Position numbers and translations under genes: made by a program. Positions 48,670 through 58,847 of a stretch of 64,000 bases of DNA are shown in pieces. The stretch spans positions 1 to 64,000 of IMG/VR virus record IMGVR_UViG_3300043775_002158; one strand, written 5' to 3'. Positions within the stretch are counted from its first letter, which is position 1, and each line of letters begins with the position of its first letter. Source of the stretch: a virus. Under the pieces are notes generated by a model that saw nothing but the letters and a program-made list of their open reading frames with translations, searched no databases and had not been told where the DNA came from.

Positions 48670-49185
48670 ATGACAAAAATAAAAGGACTCTCTCTCCTTT
48701 TATGTACTTTGTTCTTGGCATTCTCTTCATTTGCTCAGGACACACAAAAAGTGTACATATCTGGCGTTGAGAACAAAATTAAAATCGGACGTATGACGTC
48801 TAACCGAAACTTAGCTTTCGGAGTTAAAAACATTTTTGAAGAAATTTTACAGGATAAGGACTTCACAATCGTAGAGGTACGTAGTGAGGCTGACGTTTTA
48901 TTAAACGTTGATTTATTATTTTTTGACGTTAATAAAACTAAAAGAAACGTTTCAGTATTCCATTCTAATGTTGAAGAAACATTGGTAATAATGAAAGGTA
49001 CTATTACCGACAAATCAGGAAAAAAATTAAAAGAGGTGGTGGCCGAAGAATCAAGTTCAGAAATTTCTACATCAACGTTAATCACTGACGAAGGAAGTGG
49101 ACAAATAAACCAACAAGCATTGTCTTCCGCAATTAAGAAGACATGTGTTTTACTTGTAGATAAAATATTTTTAAATAAGAAATGA
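48670..49185 (+). CDS. exported CsgG-like/LptE-like alpha-beta protein
   Basis: Signal peptide SFA-Q; layout (LAFGVKNIFEEIL...ALSSAIKKTC.LLV) parallels 58128. Confidence 0.55.
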   Translation: MTKIKGLSLLLCTLFLAFSSFAQDTQKVYISGVENKIKIGRMTSNRNLAFGVKNIFEEILQDKDFTIVEVRSEADVLLNVDLLFFDVNKTKRNVSVFHSNVEETLVIMKGTITDKSGKKLKEVVAEESSSEISTSTLITDEGSGQINQQALSSAIKKTCVLLVDKIFLNKK

Positions 49186-50831
49186 AAAAACTAACATTAT
49201 TAATGGGATTATTTTTATTAATGTCCCTATCATCATTTGCCCAATTAACAATTAACCAATCTATAACTCCAACTACAGGTTTAAAAGTGGGAGATACATT
49301 AACGGTTAAATATACAATTAATAGAGGGGCAACAACACCTCGTTATTTTTGGTTAAGATACTCTTTTAATAATAAAGCATTGTCAATGGTGTCAAATAGT
49401 ACCACTTTTACACAAGGCAGTTCAACACAAACATTTTATACAGGTTGGGATAATTACAAATTTACACCGGCAGCAAATATTGTGGATACACAATTATATG
49501 CACAATATCAAGTTACACCTTGGGGATATGAGGTAAATTCTGATTGGAATGTTGGACAATTAACAATTCAAAGAGCCGACGCTTCAATTAATGGTGACAT
49601 TGCCACACAAAAATTTGTATTAAAAGACCAAAACACATATAATAATATTCATAAATTAGATTTGGCATATTCAATTAATGCAACAGATGAGTATATTTCA
49701 CCAATTACAAGAAGTTCAACAAACATATCTTTAACCAATGTGGTAGGTAACACATCTCAATTCAAAGTTAGAGTATTATTTCCACAAGGATATACAATTT
49801 CCGACCACAATGTTCAATTGATGAGATTAAAAACAGATGGTAGTGGTGATATTGATTGGTCACAACAACCAATCGCACAAAAAGCATTGGATGCAAGTGG
49901 TGAGGTAATATTCACATCGGGTGTTAAAGTCGGTGATAGTGTTGGTGTATTTGTATCTCCCGCTTCCCAAAAGACTTGGATGAACAACGTAATCACAGTT
50001 TCAGATGCATATAAAGCATTCTTAGGACACTCTCAAACTGATATTAGTGGAACGGCAAACTTCTTTACAAGACCTGTTTTAGAAAGAAAAATAGGTAATG
50101 TAACAAAAAACGATATGACATTTAACGAATCTGACTCATATAATTTATTTGCACACGTAATTGGACAAGATGTATCGGTAAACGCATTTATCCCAACATC
50201 AACTTCAACTTCTTGGAGATGGCATAGTGGTTTATTGAATCAAAGTTGGTTAGATGGTGTTACTAAGAATAGAGTATACATTACGGCTCCATCACAAACT
50301 GTTGATGCAGTATTTGCGTGGGGTGGTGATTTAAACTGGTCACACTCATCTCATCCTGACACAATTGCAACTAAAATTACACAAGGTAATTTCACAAACT
50401 CAATAAACGATAACAAATATCAATCATTCTCAGTAAAGTCGATGTCATATACTCAACCTACATTTGAAAAGGTAACTTTAGGAATTAACTCTACTTTGGA
50501 AAATGGTAAAGTTGTATTAACTACTACATTGACAAAAGAAGGATTGGCAGGTTTACAAGTTATAATGAATTATGACGAAAGTAGATTGACGTTGGATAAT
50601 GTAATATTTGATGCGGGAAGTACGATTACAAACTTCTCAACTCATAAAGATGGTAGATTGACATTTGGATCTATTGATCAATTAAAAACATCAAGAATTA
50701 AAGTAGGAACACCGTATAAATTAATTTTCACTCCTAAAGTTCAATTAACAAATACTGCCGGTTTATTCTTCTTTGTATTGGCGGATGCGGTTGATGGATT
50801 GGGTAAGAAAGTTGATTTGACAATAGAATAA
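49182..50831 (+). CDS. exported protein: cohesin/Ig-like + dockerin-like + cohesin-like domains
   Basis: Signal peptide; KVGDTLTV N-domain; ITVSDAY...GNVTKNDMTFNESDSY; LAGLQVIMNYDESRL...GRLTFG. Confidence 0.6.
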   Translation: MKKLTLLMGLFLLMSLSSFAQLTINQSITPTTGLKVGDTLTVKYTINRGATTPRYFWLRYSFNNKALSMVSNSTTFTQGSSTQTFYTGWDNYKFTPAANIVDTQLYAQYQVTPWGYEVNSDWNVGQLTIQRADASINGDIATQKFVLKDQNTYNNIHKLDLAYSINATDEYISPITRSSTNISLTNVVGNTSQFKVRVLFPQGYTISDHNVQLMRLKTDGSGDIDWSQQPIAQKALDASGEVIFTSGVKVGDSVGVFVSPASQKTWMNNVITVSDAYKAFLGHSQTDISGTANFFTRPVLERKIGNVTKNDMTFNESDSYNLFAHVIGQDVSVNAFIPTSTSTSWRWHSGLLNQSWLDGVTKNRVYITAPSQTVDAVFAWGGDLNWSHSSHPDTIATKITQGNFTNSINDNKYQSFSVKSMSYTQPTFEKVTLGINSTLENGKVVLTTTLTKEGLAGLQVIMNYDESRLTLDNVIFDAGSTITNFSTHKDGRLTFGSIDQLKTSRIKVGTPYKLIFTPKVQLTNTAGLFFFVLADAVDGLGKKVDLTIE

Positions 50832-50834
50832 TTT

Positions 50835-53423
50835 ATGAAGAAACTATTAGTAGTATTATTTTTATTTATATCATTTTTAGGGTTTGGTCAGTCGGTTTTG
50901 GCACCAGACCCTAAGTCATTTATTGTTAATACCACAGGACAAGATGCAAGTGGGTTTGAGTTAACTGGATTTAATTCAACCGCAACTTTATTAGCATCGG
51001 TGAGTTTAGTATCACCACCAGCAGGAACAACATTCTATTTAAACACTTACACAGGTCTAACCGCAGCAAGTGGTTTCAATATGATTGGTAATAAAACTAA
51101 ATTGGTGTTTACCGGAACAATGGCAAATATCAATACGGCATTGGCATCATTAAAAATTAACACAGGTTCTATTTCGGGTGATATTGTCATATCAGTCGCA
51201 GCAACTATAAATCCAACTGGTTTCTTTTACAATGGAACAAACGGACACTTTTATAGACCAATATCAACAGGAACAAGCTATACGGGTGCAAGAGCAGCGG
51301 CATTAAATACTACATTTAAAGGACAGACTGGATATTTAGTAACAATAACTTCGGCAGATGAAGATGCGTTTGTATTTAATAATGTACCACAAACAAACAT
51401 TTGGTTTGCACTAACGGATGAAGAAACAGAAGGCCAATGGAAAATTGATGCTGGTCCTGAAAAGGGAACTTTAATCAAAACATCAAACGGACAAACTGCG
51501 GGTAATATACAAGGACAGTACAATAACTGGGCACCTGGTGAACCAAACAATAGTGGTAACGAAGATTATGCGGTAACAAAATGGAACGGTTCTCAATGGA
51601 ATGATTTACCGAATGGATTTAGTTGCCCTTATGTAATTGAATATGGAACTTGGACCAATCCTGATGATGCAACATTTACCGAATTTTATACTAACAGTGT
51701 AGTTCATTCAAACGGAGAAACAATAAAAGCATTATTCAATTTTACATTTGGTGGAGCAACTGATAAAAGTAAATTTTCAGCAAGATTATTTAATAGAAGC
51801 GATGCGACATCAACATGGGTAGCCGGTGGTTCTTATAAATCATTAAGTGGATTGGGTAAAGTATATCTTTCAAATCAAATAGATACTGCAAAGATATTTT
51901 CAACCGCAATTCAATTAACGCCGGGTACAAATGATATGACACAATTTAGTTCTGCTGATATTGGTAAGGTCTATAAACTAACAACAACTGGAGCAAGTGG
52001 TGGTGGATGGGGAACGGACATTTATACAAGTGACTCTTATATACCCGCTATGGCAGTTCACGCAGGAGTTTTAACAATCGGACAAACAAAAGAAATTTAT
52101 ATTAAAATAGTTGAGGGAAAAAGTAGTTATTTAGGTTCAACCCGTAATGGAATCACAACGTCAGAATGGGGTGGATGGGGATTGAGTTATCAATTTGTAT
52201 CTCAACCATCTTCATACAAGGCAATATCATCACCTGGCCAAGTTGAATGGTGTGTGATATATGACTACGATGCATCAAATCAAAGATATAGAGTTGGGAT
52301 TGATAAGAGAGAATTTGATGGAACCAACGTATCACCAAATAATGTATCATCACTAAAATTATTTGATTTGTGGGATGGAAATGTAACATTTGATAGTGAA
52401 GACATATATTGGGCAAATTATTGGATTAATACACCAACCCAATTTAATTTTACGGGTTCATCATTTTCATCATTTATAAGACAAGGCAATGGATTTTACG
52501 GAGTAAGTAGTGAGTTTACCTTTTCACAATTAGGTACATACAAACAACACAAAATGGAATTAAATGAATATGATAATGTACAATTAAAAACATTATATAA
52601 TAACATTGTAACAGTATCGGATGTTTATTTGGCATTTAAGGAATTATCTAATAAGGGTTTATTTGGTAATCAAAGTGGTAATGAATTTGGATATGGTATT
52701 CAATATATAAATGCAGATGTGGATGATAATGGTGTATTCAATGAAGTGGATACATATAAATTATTACAAAATTTAACGGGTGTAAATGATTTAGTTAGCA
52801 GTTATACTTTGGATAATACTATAAAAGTAATTCCAGACTCAATCTATAATTTAATTGGTAAATCAACATGGAGTTCATTTACATCATACAAAGGTAAATC
52901 ATATTCATTTAGTTTATTGGATAATGTGTTGAATTACAATTACAATTTATCTGTGAGTTGGAAAGGTGATGTGAATTTATCACATTCAGCAACACCTCCT
53001 TCAAATGGTATAACAACAATGTCGGTTAGAACATCAATGAGTACACCGATATCAAACGAAATAAATTCATCAATTATGTCCGAAATTGTGGGAGATAGTG
53101 TTTATGTATATATTACAATAGACCCATTACAACAAGAATTGGTGGGGACACAGTTTAAGTTAAATTACGATAATGATTTATTAAAGTTTAATAATGTAAT
53201 ATATAAAACAAAAGGATTACCAACTAACTATGCGACGGACAAAGGGAATTATATTAATTTAGGTTCTCTAATAACGGATGGTGGAACTTTAGATAATACC
53301 ACTGAATATAAATTATCATTTACAACAAAAACAAAGTTGGAGAATATATTCGGTTTAATTTCGGTTGGGTTAATGGATGCAGTAAACAAAAGTGGTAGAA
53401 CATTAAAAGTAATAATGAAATAA
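50835..53423 (+). CDS. exported adhesin: C-type lectin + LCCL + dockerin-like + cohesin-like
   Basis: NGHFY...GYLVTITS.DE...WAPGEPNN...WNDL; WGTDIYTSDS..AMAVHAG..YLGSTRNGI; ADVDDNGVFNEVDTY; LVGTQFKLNYDNDLLKF. Confidence 0.8.
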   Translation: MKKLLVVLFLFISFLGFGQSVLAPDPKSFIVNTTGQDASGFELTGFNSTATLLASVSLVSPPAGTTFYLNTYTGLTAASGFNMIGNKTKLVFTGTMANINTALASLKINTGSISGDIVISVAATINPTGFFYNGTNGHFYRPISTGTSYTGARAAALNTTFKGQTGYLVTITSADEDAFVFNNVPQTNIWFALTDEETEGQWKIDAGPEKGTLIKTSNGQTAGNIQGQYNNWAPGEPNNSGNEDYAVTKWNGSQWNDLPNGFSCPYVIEYGTWTNPDDATFTEFYTNSVVHSNGETIKALFNFTFGGATDKSKFSARLFNRSDATSTWVAGGSYKSLSGLGKVYLSNQIDTAKIFSTAIQLTPGTNDMTQFSSADIGKVYKLTTTGASGGGWGTDIYTSDSYIPAMAVHAGVLTIGQTKEIYIKIVEGKSSYLGSTRNGITTSEWGGWGLSYQFVSQPSSYKAISSPGQVEWCVIYDYDASNQRYRVGIDKREFDGTNVSPNNVSSLKLFDLWDGNVTFDSEDIYWANYWINTPTQFNFTGSSFSSFIRQGNGFYGVSSEFTFSQLGTYKQHKMELNEYDNVQLKTLYNNIVTVSDVYLAFKELSNKGLFGNQSGNEFGYGIQYINADVDDNGVFNEVDTYKLLQNLTGVNDLVSSYTLDNTIKVIPDSIYNLIGKSTWSSFTSYKGKSYSFSLLDNVLNYNYNLSVSWKGDVNLSHSATPPSNGITTMSVRTSMSTPISNEINSSIMSEIVGDSVYVYITIDPLQQELVGTQFKLNYDNDLLKFNNVIYKTKGLPTNYATDKGNYINLGSLITDGGTLDNTTEYKLSFTTKTKLENIFGLISVGLMDAVNKSGRTLKVIMK

Positions 53424-53446
53424 AAACAAATTAAAAAACAAAAATT

Positions 53447-54130
53447 ATGGCAGACAGAAACGGAGACGGAGTTGTTTATCATCGCTCAGATTGTGGTGAT
53501 AATTATGTAAGATGGTATGGGTTCGGTGGAGATGGACCTTGTTCGGCGTGTGATACGTGGGGACTTACCAATAAAGCAATAAGATATATTCATGACCACC
53601 CTGAAATAAATCATAGACTTGAAGATGTGGTAGGTAGAGAGTGGGATGAAGAGGTTATGCCAGTATTAACAGAGGTTTATGAAGAAGTAAAAGAAGGTGT
53701 AATAGACGCATATAATTGGGTGGACGCAAACGCTTGTAATATAGCTGTAACAGCAGCAATCTCGGCGGGAGTTGTTTACGCATTCACACCAGAACCGGCA
53801 AACCCAACAGCGGTGGCAACATCAACTACTTTATCGGCAATGGCATCAACTATTACTAATATGGCAGTTAAAGTTGCGGTAGTAGGAGAAATGAGTGAAA
53901 TTATAACAAATGGATTTTTACTAATACCATTTGTAAGTGATAGTATTGACCACACTCTATTATACAATATAATTTCAAATTGTTTAGCTAAAAGTTTAGA
54001 TTCTGCGGAGTTATGGGCAACACCAGCCGGTGTTGGTATTGCGATTGGAGCAGCAATTGCACCTGTTATTGCGGATTTGATATGTAAAAAAACTTGTCCT
54101 GAAGGATTTACTAAAGCATTTGGTGCGTAA
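53447..54130 (+). CDS. hypothetical protein with hydrophobic Ala/Gly-rich helices
   Basis: No signal peptide; Cys-containing N-domain; AGVGIAIGAAIAPVIA. Confidence 0.7.
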   Translation: MADRNGDGVVYHRSDCGDNYVRWYGFGGDGPCSACDTWGLTNKAIRYIHDHPEINHRLEDVVGREWDEEVMPVLTEVYEEVKEGVIDAYNWVDANACNIAVTAAISAGVVYAFTPEPANPTAVATSTTLSAMASTITNMAVKVAVVGEMSEIITNGFLLIPFVSDSIDHTLLYNIISNCLAKSLDSAELWATPAGVGIAIGAAIAPVIADLICKKTCPEGFTKAFGA

Positions 54131-55023
54131 TGAAAAAACTAATAACCATATTATTTTTACTTTGTGTAAGTTTTGTTACAAATGCACAAATACAAAAACC
54201 AGATACGTTACAACTATCGGCAAAAGAACTATTTGGAGAAAGTGATGATTGGAACGATGTGGGTATATTACAATCCTATGTTAATTTTTCAAAAGATGTC
54301 CTATCATCATCAAACCTTTCAATTGGTGTAATTGGAAAACAAGTATCTACAACTCTTAATTTGGGATATAATAAATCATCATTGAATGGGAAGTGGGGAC
54401 ACTCATTTGCAGCATCAATAAACCCTATTTGGAATTATTATGGTGTAGGGTATGGTCTTAGTAGAAATACCGAAAAGAGAACAACTACAATACAAACATT
54501 TTATTCTACGGACTTTGATTTCCAAAAAGATATTAACTTATCATTTATTGATGTATTCAGAACAAAAAAATGGGGAACATTCGGTTATAGTTTAACAGCA
54601 TCAAAATCATTTTGGGGAACTTATCAGGGTGAGTGGGAAGGGAAATATACGGTTGATGAAAATGGTGATTTTAAAGATTTAATATATCCAATGATACCGG
54701 CATCAAGTGAAATAAGTTATAGAGGTATGATGATGTACACTTATACATTGAAAACAAAGAGAGTAAACATCTCACCACAAATATTTGCAATGAGTGATGT
54801 ATATAAAGTATTTAAAGATGGAACTGAATCAGATTTGGCATATGTAGATGATTTCAATTTGGACTTATATTATGGTACATCTATTGATTGGAAAATAACT
54901 AAAAGATTTGTATTGAATACCAATGTTAGATATAATACAACTTGGGATAAATTAAGTGAATCAGTCGGTTATAAAAAAAGTAACCCAATAATGTTTATGA
55001 TAGGAACAAACTTTCAATTTTAA
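54130..55023 (+). CDS. putative outer-membrane beta-barrel protein
   Basis: Signal peptide TNA-Q; alternating amphipathic strands; C-terminal IGTNFQF. Confidence 0.7.
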   Translation: MKKLITILFLLCVSFVTNAQIQKPDTLQLSAKELFGESDDWNDVGILQSYVNFSKDVLSSSNLSIGVIGKQVSTTLNLGYNKSSLNGKWGHSFAASINPIWNYYGVGYGLSRNTEKRTTTIQTFYSTDFDFQKDINLSFIDVFRTKKWGTFGYSLTASKSFWGTYQGEWEGKYTVDENGDFKDLIYPMIPASSEISYRGMMMYTYTLKTKRVNISPQIFAMSDVYKVFKDGTESDLAYVDDFNLDLYYGTSIDWKITKRFVLNTNVRYNTTWDKLSESVGYKKSNPIMFMIGTNFQF

Positions 55024-55397
55024 TGAGTAAAAAAGATTTAATATCATTCATAGTAATTTATTTATTAACCACATTTGTAATATTATTTAGTGGTTGTAGA
55101 AAAACGCAGACTATTCCAACACCACCACCGATAAATAAAGAATTTTTTAATTCACCCGAAAACAACGTTAAAAATGGGGATATTATTAATTTTAATTTAA
55201 CTACAGTTGGTGTTTATACTTTGACAATGATTGATACGGTTCAAAATCAAGTTGTGACCAGAGAAAGATTTACGGGTAAAATTGGTTTAAACTCACTTAA
55301 AATATTTACAAAAACTTTACCGACAAAATACCTAAGTGTCGTTTTAAAGGATCAAAATAATCAACAGATAGGTAAAACAAGAATAATAATAAATTAA
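55023..55397 (+). CDS. lipoprotein with T9SS-CTD-like Ig domain
   Basis: Lipobox FSGC; YTLTMID...G..GLNSLKIFTKTLP..YLSVVL...KTRIIIN. Confidence 0.55.
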   Translation: MSKKDLISFIVIYLLTTFVILFSGCRKTQTIPTPPPINKEFFNSPENNVKNGDIINFNLTTVGVYTLTMIDTVQNQVVTRERFTGKIGLNSLKIFTKTLPTKYLSVVLKDQNNQQIGKTRIIIN

Positions 55398-55410
55398 AAA
55401 ATAACAAAAA

Positions 55411-55779
55411 ATGAAAAAAGTATCTCTCGTACTCTTCGGTTTGATTCTACTTGCTGGATGTAGAAAATCAGATTTTCCAACGCCACCTCAATCAGTTAGC
55501 GACGATTTAAAAATTGCTAGTTTATCAGGATTAAAATTACAAACTGCATTTGTAACAAGTGAAGTTTCAATGAACATAAAAAGTGAGACATCTCAGACTG
55601 TAACTATCAGAATCTTTGATATTGCAAATAGAGTAGTGTCTAAATCAACAAGCGACGTAAAGTCAGGTGATAATATATTGAAGATATACACTTCATCATT
55701 ACCGTCATCAGGTTATAGAATAGCAATTTACGATCGTGCCGGTAATATGTTAGGTATTACGGACTTTAATAAAATTTAA
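55411..55779 (+). CDS. lipoprotein with T9SS-CTD-like Ig domain
   Basis: Lipobox LAGC; VTIRIFDIANRVV...SGDNILKIYTSSLPSSGYRI...DFNKI. Confidence 0.65.
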   Translation: MKKVSLVLFGLILLAGCRKSDFPTPPQSVSDDLKIASLSGLKLQTAFVTSEVSMNIKSETSQTVTIRIFDIANRVVSKSTSDVKSGDNILKIYTSSLPSSGYRIAIYDRAGNMLGITDFNKI

Positions 55780-55809
55780 GATAATTATAGTATATAAAAA
55801 CACAAAATT

Positions 55810-56118
55810 ATGGCAGAAGAACAACAAGAACAATCAACCGGTGGTTCAATTAAGAATATACTTATCGGTTTAGTAAGTACCATCACATTAGGTGTGGGTG
55901 GTTGGTTTACAACAAAATTAACGGGTGGTGACGAAAAAGAAACTCCGGCACAACAAGCTGCACCTGTAATCAACATTACAAACTCTAATCAACAATCACA
56001 AGCTGCAGGAGGTAAGACTGTTATTATTAAAGAAAAGTCAACAACACCAGCACCGGCACCAAAACCAAAACCTAAAAAAGATGGTGACGAATTTAAAGAA
56101 GAGACACCAAAATGGTAG
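55810..56118 (+). CDS. single-pass membrane protein with Pro/Lys-rich tail
   Basis: ILIGLVSTITLGVGGWF; PAPAPKPKPKK. Confidence 0.7.
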   Translation: MAEEQQEQSTGGSIKNILIGLVSTITLGVGGWFTTKLTGGDEKETPAQQAAPVINITNSNQQSQAAGGKTVIIKEKSTTPAPAPKPKPKKDGDEFKEETPKW

Positions 56119-56217
56119 GTTTGGGTTTAGAGGTTGAAACTGCAACCTTAATTTTTACGATTATAATAATTGGGATGTCGATAAAGACATCCTTGGAATT
56201 GACAAAAAAAGAAAAAA

Positions 56218-56826
56218 ATGGCTGATCAACAACCACCAAGTGGATTTAAAGAATTATTAGCAAATATGATGAAACGTAGATGGTTCATCACTGCAATTGT
56301 ATTAGGGGGATTTATGATAATCATAATGGGAATATTTGGGGCAATCCTAAATAAATCCGCTATTGAAGGAGAATGGAAAGAACTTCTACTATTGTTATTG
56401 GGTGCATTTATCGGTAGTTACGGTAAAATAATCGACTATTGGTTTAGTGATACTGATAAGGATAAAATGTTAGTTCAGAAAATGGATGAAGAAGATGGTG
56501 TATCGTTGAGTAATACTAACGATGGTCCAAATACTCCAATCGTACCAATGTCAATAGCACCATTAGTGTTATCAGAATCAACCGAACAAATAACCGAACA
56601 ATTAGTTGAAACACCAAAAGTAGAAAAGAAGGGTGTTGAAATCGATGAAGATGGTGACGGTGTTATGGATGGTTTAGATTTCGATGGTGATGGTAAAATC
56701 GATGAATATTTCGCACACAGACAATGTGAACACGTTTGGGGTGACTTAGACGGTGACGGAACAGAGGAGTGTTTGAAGTGTGGTAAAGTTAAGGATGAAT
56801 ACGCAGAAATGCATATGGAAGGATAA
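56218..56826 (+). CDS. two-TM membrane protein with DxDGDG Ca-binding repeats
   Basis: Two hydrophobic helices; DEDGDG, DFDGDG, DLDGDG; CEH...CLKC. Confidence 0.7.
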   Translation: MADQQPPSGFKELLANMMKRRWFITAIVLGGFMIIIMGIFGAILNKSAIEGEWKELLLLLLGAFIGSYGKIIDYWFSDTDKDKMLVQKMDEEDGVSLSNTNDGPNTPIVPMSIAPLVLSESTEQITEQLVETPKVEKKGVEIDEDGDGVMDGLDFDGDGKIDEYFAHRQCEHVWGDLDGDGTEECLKCGKVKDEYAEMHMEG

Positions 56827-56855
56827 AATAAACAAAAGACAAAAAATAAAAAACT

Positions 56856-57104
56856 ATGAAATTTAAAGAATGGGCTATTGAACTCTTCAAAGACGAAAGA
56901 GGTTCAATTTCAGTAAAACCAGTTATTGCATTTGTAGGGGCGATGTTCCTATGTGTGACTATGATCTTAAATTCGTTCTCTCACGCGGATTTCGCCCCAT
57001 CACCTGAATTGGTGAATGCGGTGATGATTATCACGGGAATTGGGATGGGTGCCGATACGATGGATAAATTCTCTCACAAAAAGAAAGAAGAAACAGAAGG
57101 TTAA
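56856..57104 (+). CDS. small two-TM membrane protein (holin-like)
   Basis: FKDERGSIS.KP followed by two TM helices and charged C-tail. Confidence 0.6.
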   Translation: MKFKEWAIELFKDERGSISVKPVIAFVGAMFLCVTMILNSFSHADFAPSPELVNAVMIITGIGMGADTMDKFSHKKKEETEG

Positions 57105-57106
57105 TA

Positions 57107-57138
57107 TGAAGGAGGGTTTATCCCTCCTTTTTTTTTTC
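57107..57138 (+). terminator. intrinsic terminator
   Basis: GAAGGAGGG-TTTAT-CCCTCCTTT plus long T-run. Confidence 0.75.
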
Positions 57139-57161
57139 ATATATTTATTAAAAATGAATTT

Positions 57162-57368
57162 ATGAAAAATTTAAGAGATATTTTAGCTTTAAGGTTTATT
57201 CAATTAGTATTTGTATGGGTAAGTTTTGCTCTAACATTTCAGGTGTTTATGATTATAACACATTTTACCAATCCTGAATTGAGTACAAAAATAGGTAATG
57301 AAATTATGTGGAAAATAGACGGTACATTTAAAAATGATCCTGATAATATTTGGTATGAAAAAAAATAA
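57162..57368 (+). CDS. small membrane protein
   Basis: One TM helix, 68 aa. Confidence 0.65.
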   Translation: MKNLRDILALRFIQLVFVWVSFALTFQVFMIITHFTNPELSTKIGNEIMWKIDGTFKNDPDNIWYEKK

Positions 57369-57374
57369 AACAAG

Positions 57375-58118
57375 ATGACAAAAAACGAAATATTATATAA
57401 TGTCGGTTTAACCGATAAAGTATATTCAGAACAAAAAGATATTGATTTTAAAGCACAAAGGTTAAAATTAATTAAATGGATTGAAGATAAAAAATCAGAC
57501 ACACAAGGATTTGTTGCAACGAAAGATAATACAATTTATATTGTGTGGAGAGGTAGTTCTTCTAAAAAAGATTTCCAAAACGACGCCTCTATCGATAAAG
57601 TTCCTTTTATTGAAGAAGGTGAGAAAGTTCATATTGGATTTAAAACCTGTTGGGATGCCGTAAAGGATGATACATATAAAGCATTAGATATTGCACTTAA
57701 AAACTTAGGTCAAGAACATTCAATAGATAATATTGTTGTTTGTGGACACAGTTTAGGTGCGGCAATTTCTACCTTGTGTGCATATGAAATCTATTCAATT
57801 TATAAATCAAATAAAATTATATGTTGTACCATAGGTAGTCCAAGAGTTGGTAATAAAATATTCAAACAAAACTTTGATAAATCACCAATTGAATCGTTAA
57901 GGATTGTTAACAATTTAGATATTGTAACTCGTGCACCAAATATTGGATATCACCACGTTAATACCGAATTACGTATTGATAGTGAGGGTAAAGTTAAAAA
58001 ATGGATGATTGATTGGCAAAGAGTTGGTGAATATCTTAAAGCCGTATTCACAGGTAAGACTGCGAAAGATCATATGACAAATAATTACATAAGTGCATTA
58101 AATAAATGGAACCCATAA
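57375..58118 (+). CDS. class 3 lipase
   Basis: IVWRGS, VHIGF, GHSLGAA, GSPRVGN, DIVTRAP, DH.TNNY. Confidence 0.92.
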   Translation: MTKNEILYNVGLTDKVYSEQKDIDFKAQRLKLIKWIEDKKSDTQGFVATKDNTIYIVWRGSSSKKDFQNDASIDKVPFIEEGEKVHIGFKTCWDAVKDDTYKALDIALKNLGQEHSIDNIVVCGHSLGAAISTLCAYEIYSIYKSNKIICCTIGSPRVGNKIFKQNFDKSPIESLRIVNNLDIVTRAPNIGYHHVNTELRIDSEGKVKKWMIDWQRVGEYLKAVFTGKTAKDHMTNNYISALNKWNP

Positions 58119-58127
58119 AAAAAATAT

Positions 58128-58847
58128 ATGAAAAAATTATTAATATTATTAAGTGTTTGTTTAGTAAGTCTTGTTGCAAATAGTCAAACAATAGGTAAAA
58201 CTAAGACAGAGGACTTCAAGGCGGACTTTGAAAAGAAAAAGGATATAAGTACTTACTTAGATTATGACGGACCTCAAATACCCGTTCAAATCCTTAAATG
58301 TGGTATTTCTGACGAAGTATATGAGATGTATCCAGAATTAAAGGAAAAACGTGTAGGTTTAGGTGTTGCTAATATCTCTATGGAATATCTTGAGAACTTA
58401 AACAGATTTAAATTTACTGAGGACAAGACAGAAATTAAGAATCGCATGGTAAAACAATTCCAAGCATCTCAAGCCGGTATTTCTGAGAACAAATTAGATG
58501 GTCGTGGTAAAATCAATTTGGCTAAGTATTTTGTAACTATCGAGTGTTATGATTATTCGGTATCTGAAGATGAAACTATCAACCTAAAAGACGGTATTAA
58601 AGATAATATGGTTACTCGTATTGGTTTACAAGTTAGATTTACTGACGCCGAGACAGGACTAGTATTTGCAGGTTCAGGTTTAGGTGAAGCTAAGACAACA
58701 AGAGAGTTGACTTTATTATCTGATGCAACTATCGACCCAATTAAATTTAATCAATCAACCATCAGTATCTCAACTAAAAAGGCGTTAGATATTGCGGTTG
58801 CTAACATTCTTGATAGAATGATTAAAAAAGGTATTTTCACAAAATAA
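58128..58847 (+). CDS. csgG: CsgG-family (curli assembly/transport) protein
   Basis: Signal peptide; GLGVANISMEYLENLNRFKFTE...AKYFVT...IGLQVRFTDAETG...G.G.A...KKALDIAV. Confidence 0.75.
   Translation: MKKLLILLSVCLVSLVANSQTIGKTKTEDFKADFEKKKDISTYLDYDGPQIPVQILKCGISDEVYEMYPELKEKRVGLGVANISMEYLENLNRFKFTEDKTEIKNRMVKQFQASQAGISENKLDGRGKINLAKYFVTIECYDYSVSEDETINLKDGIKDNMVTRIGLQVRFTDAETGLVFAGSGLGEAKTTRELTLLSDATIDPIKFNQSTISISTKKALDIAVANILDRMIKKGIFTK

Noticed and set aside
50835-53423. Diversity-generating retroelement target (C-type lectin)
   Set aside because: No reverse transcriptase and no template/variable repeat pair seen; the lectin is the canonical EPN/WND type and internal
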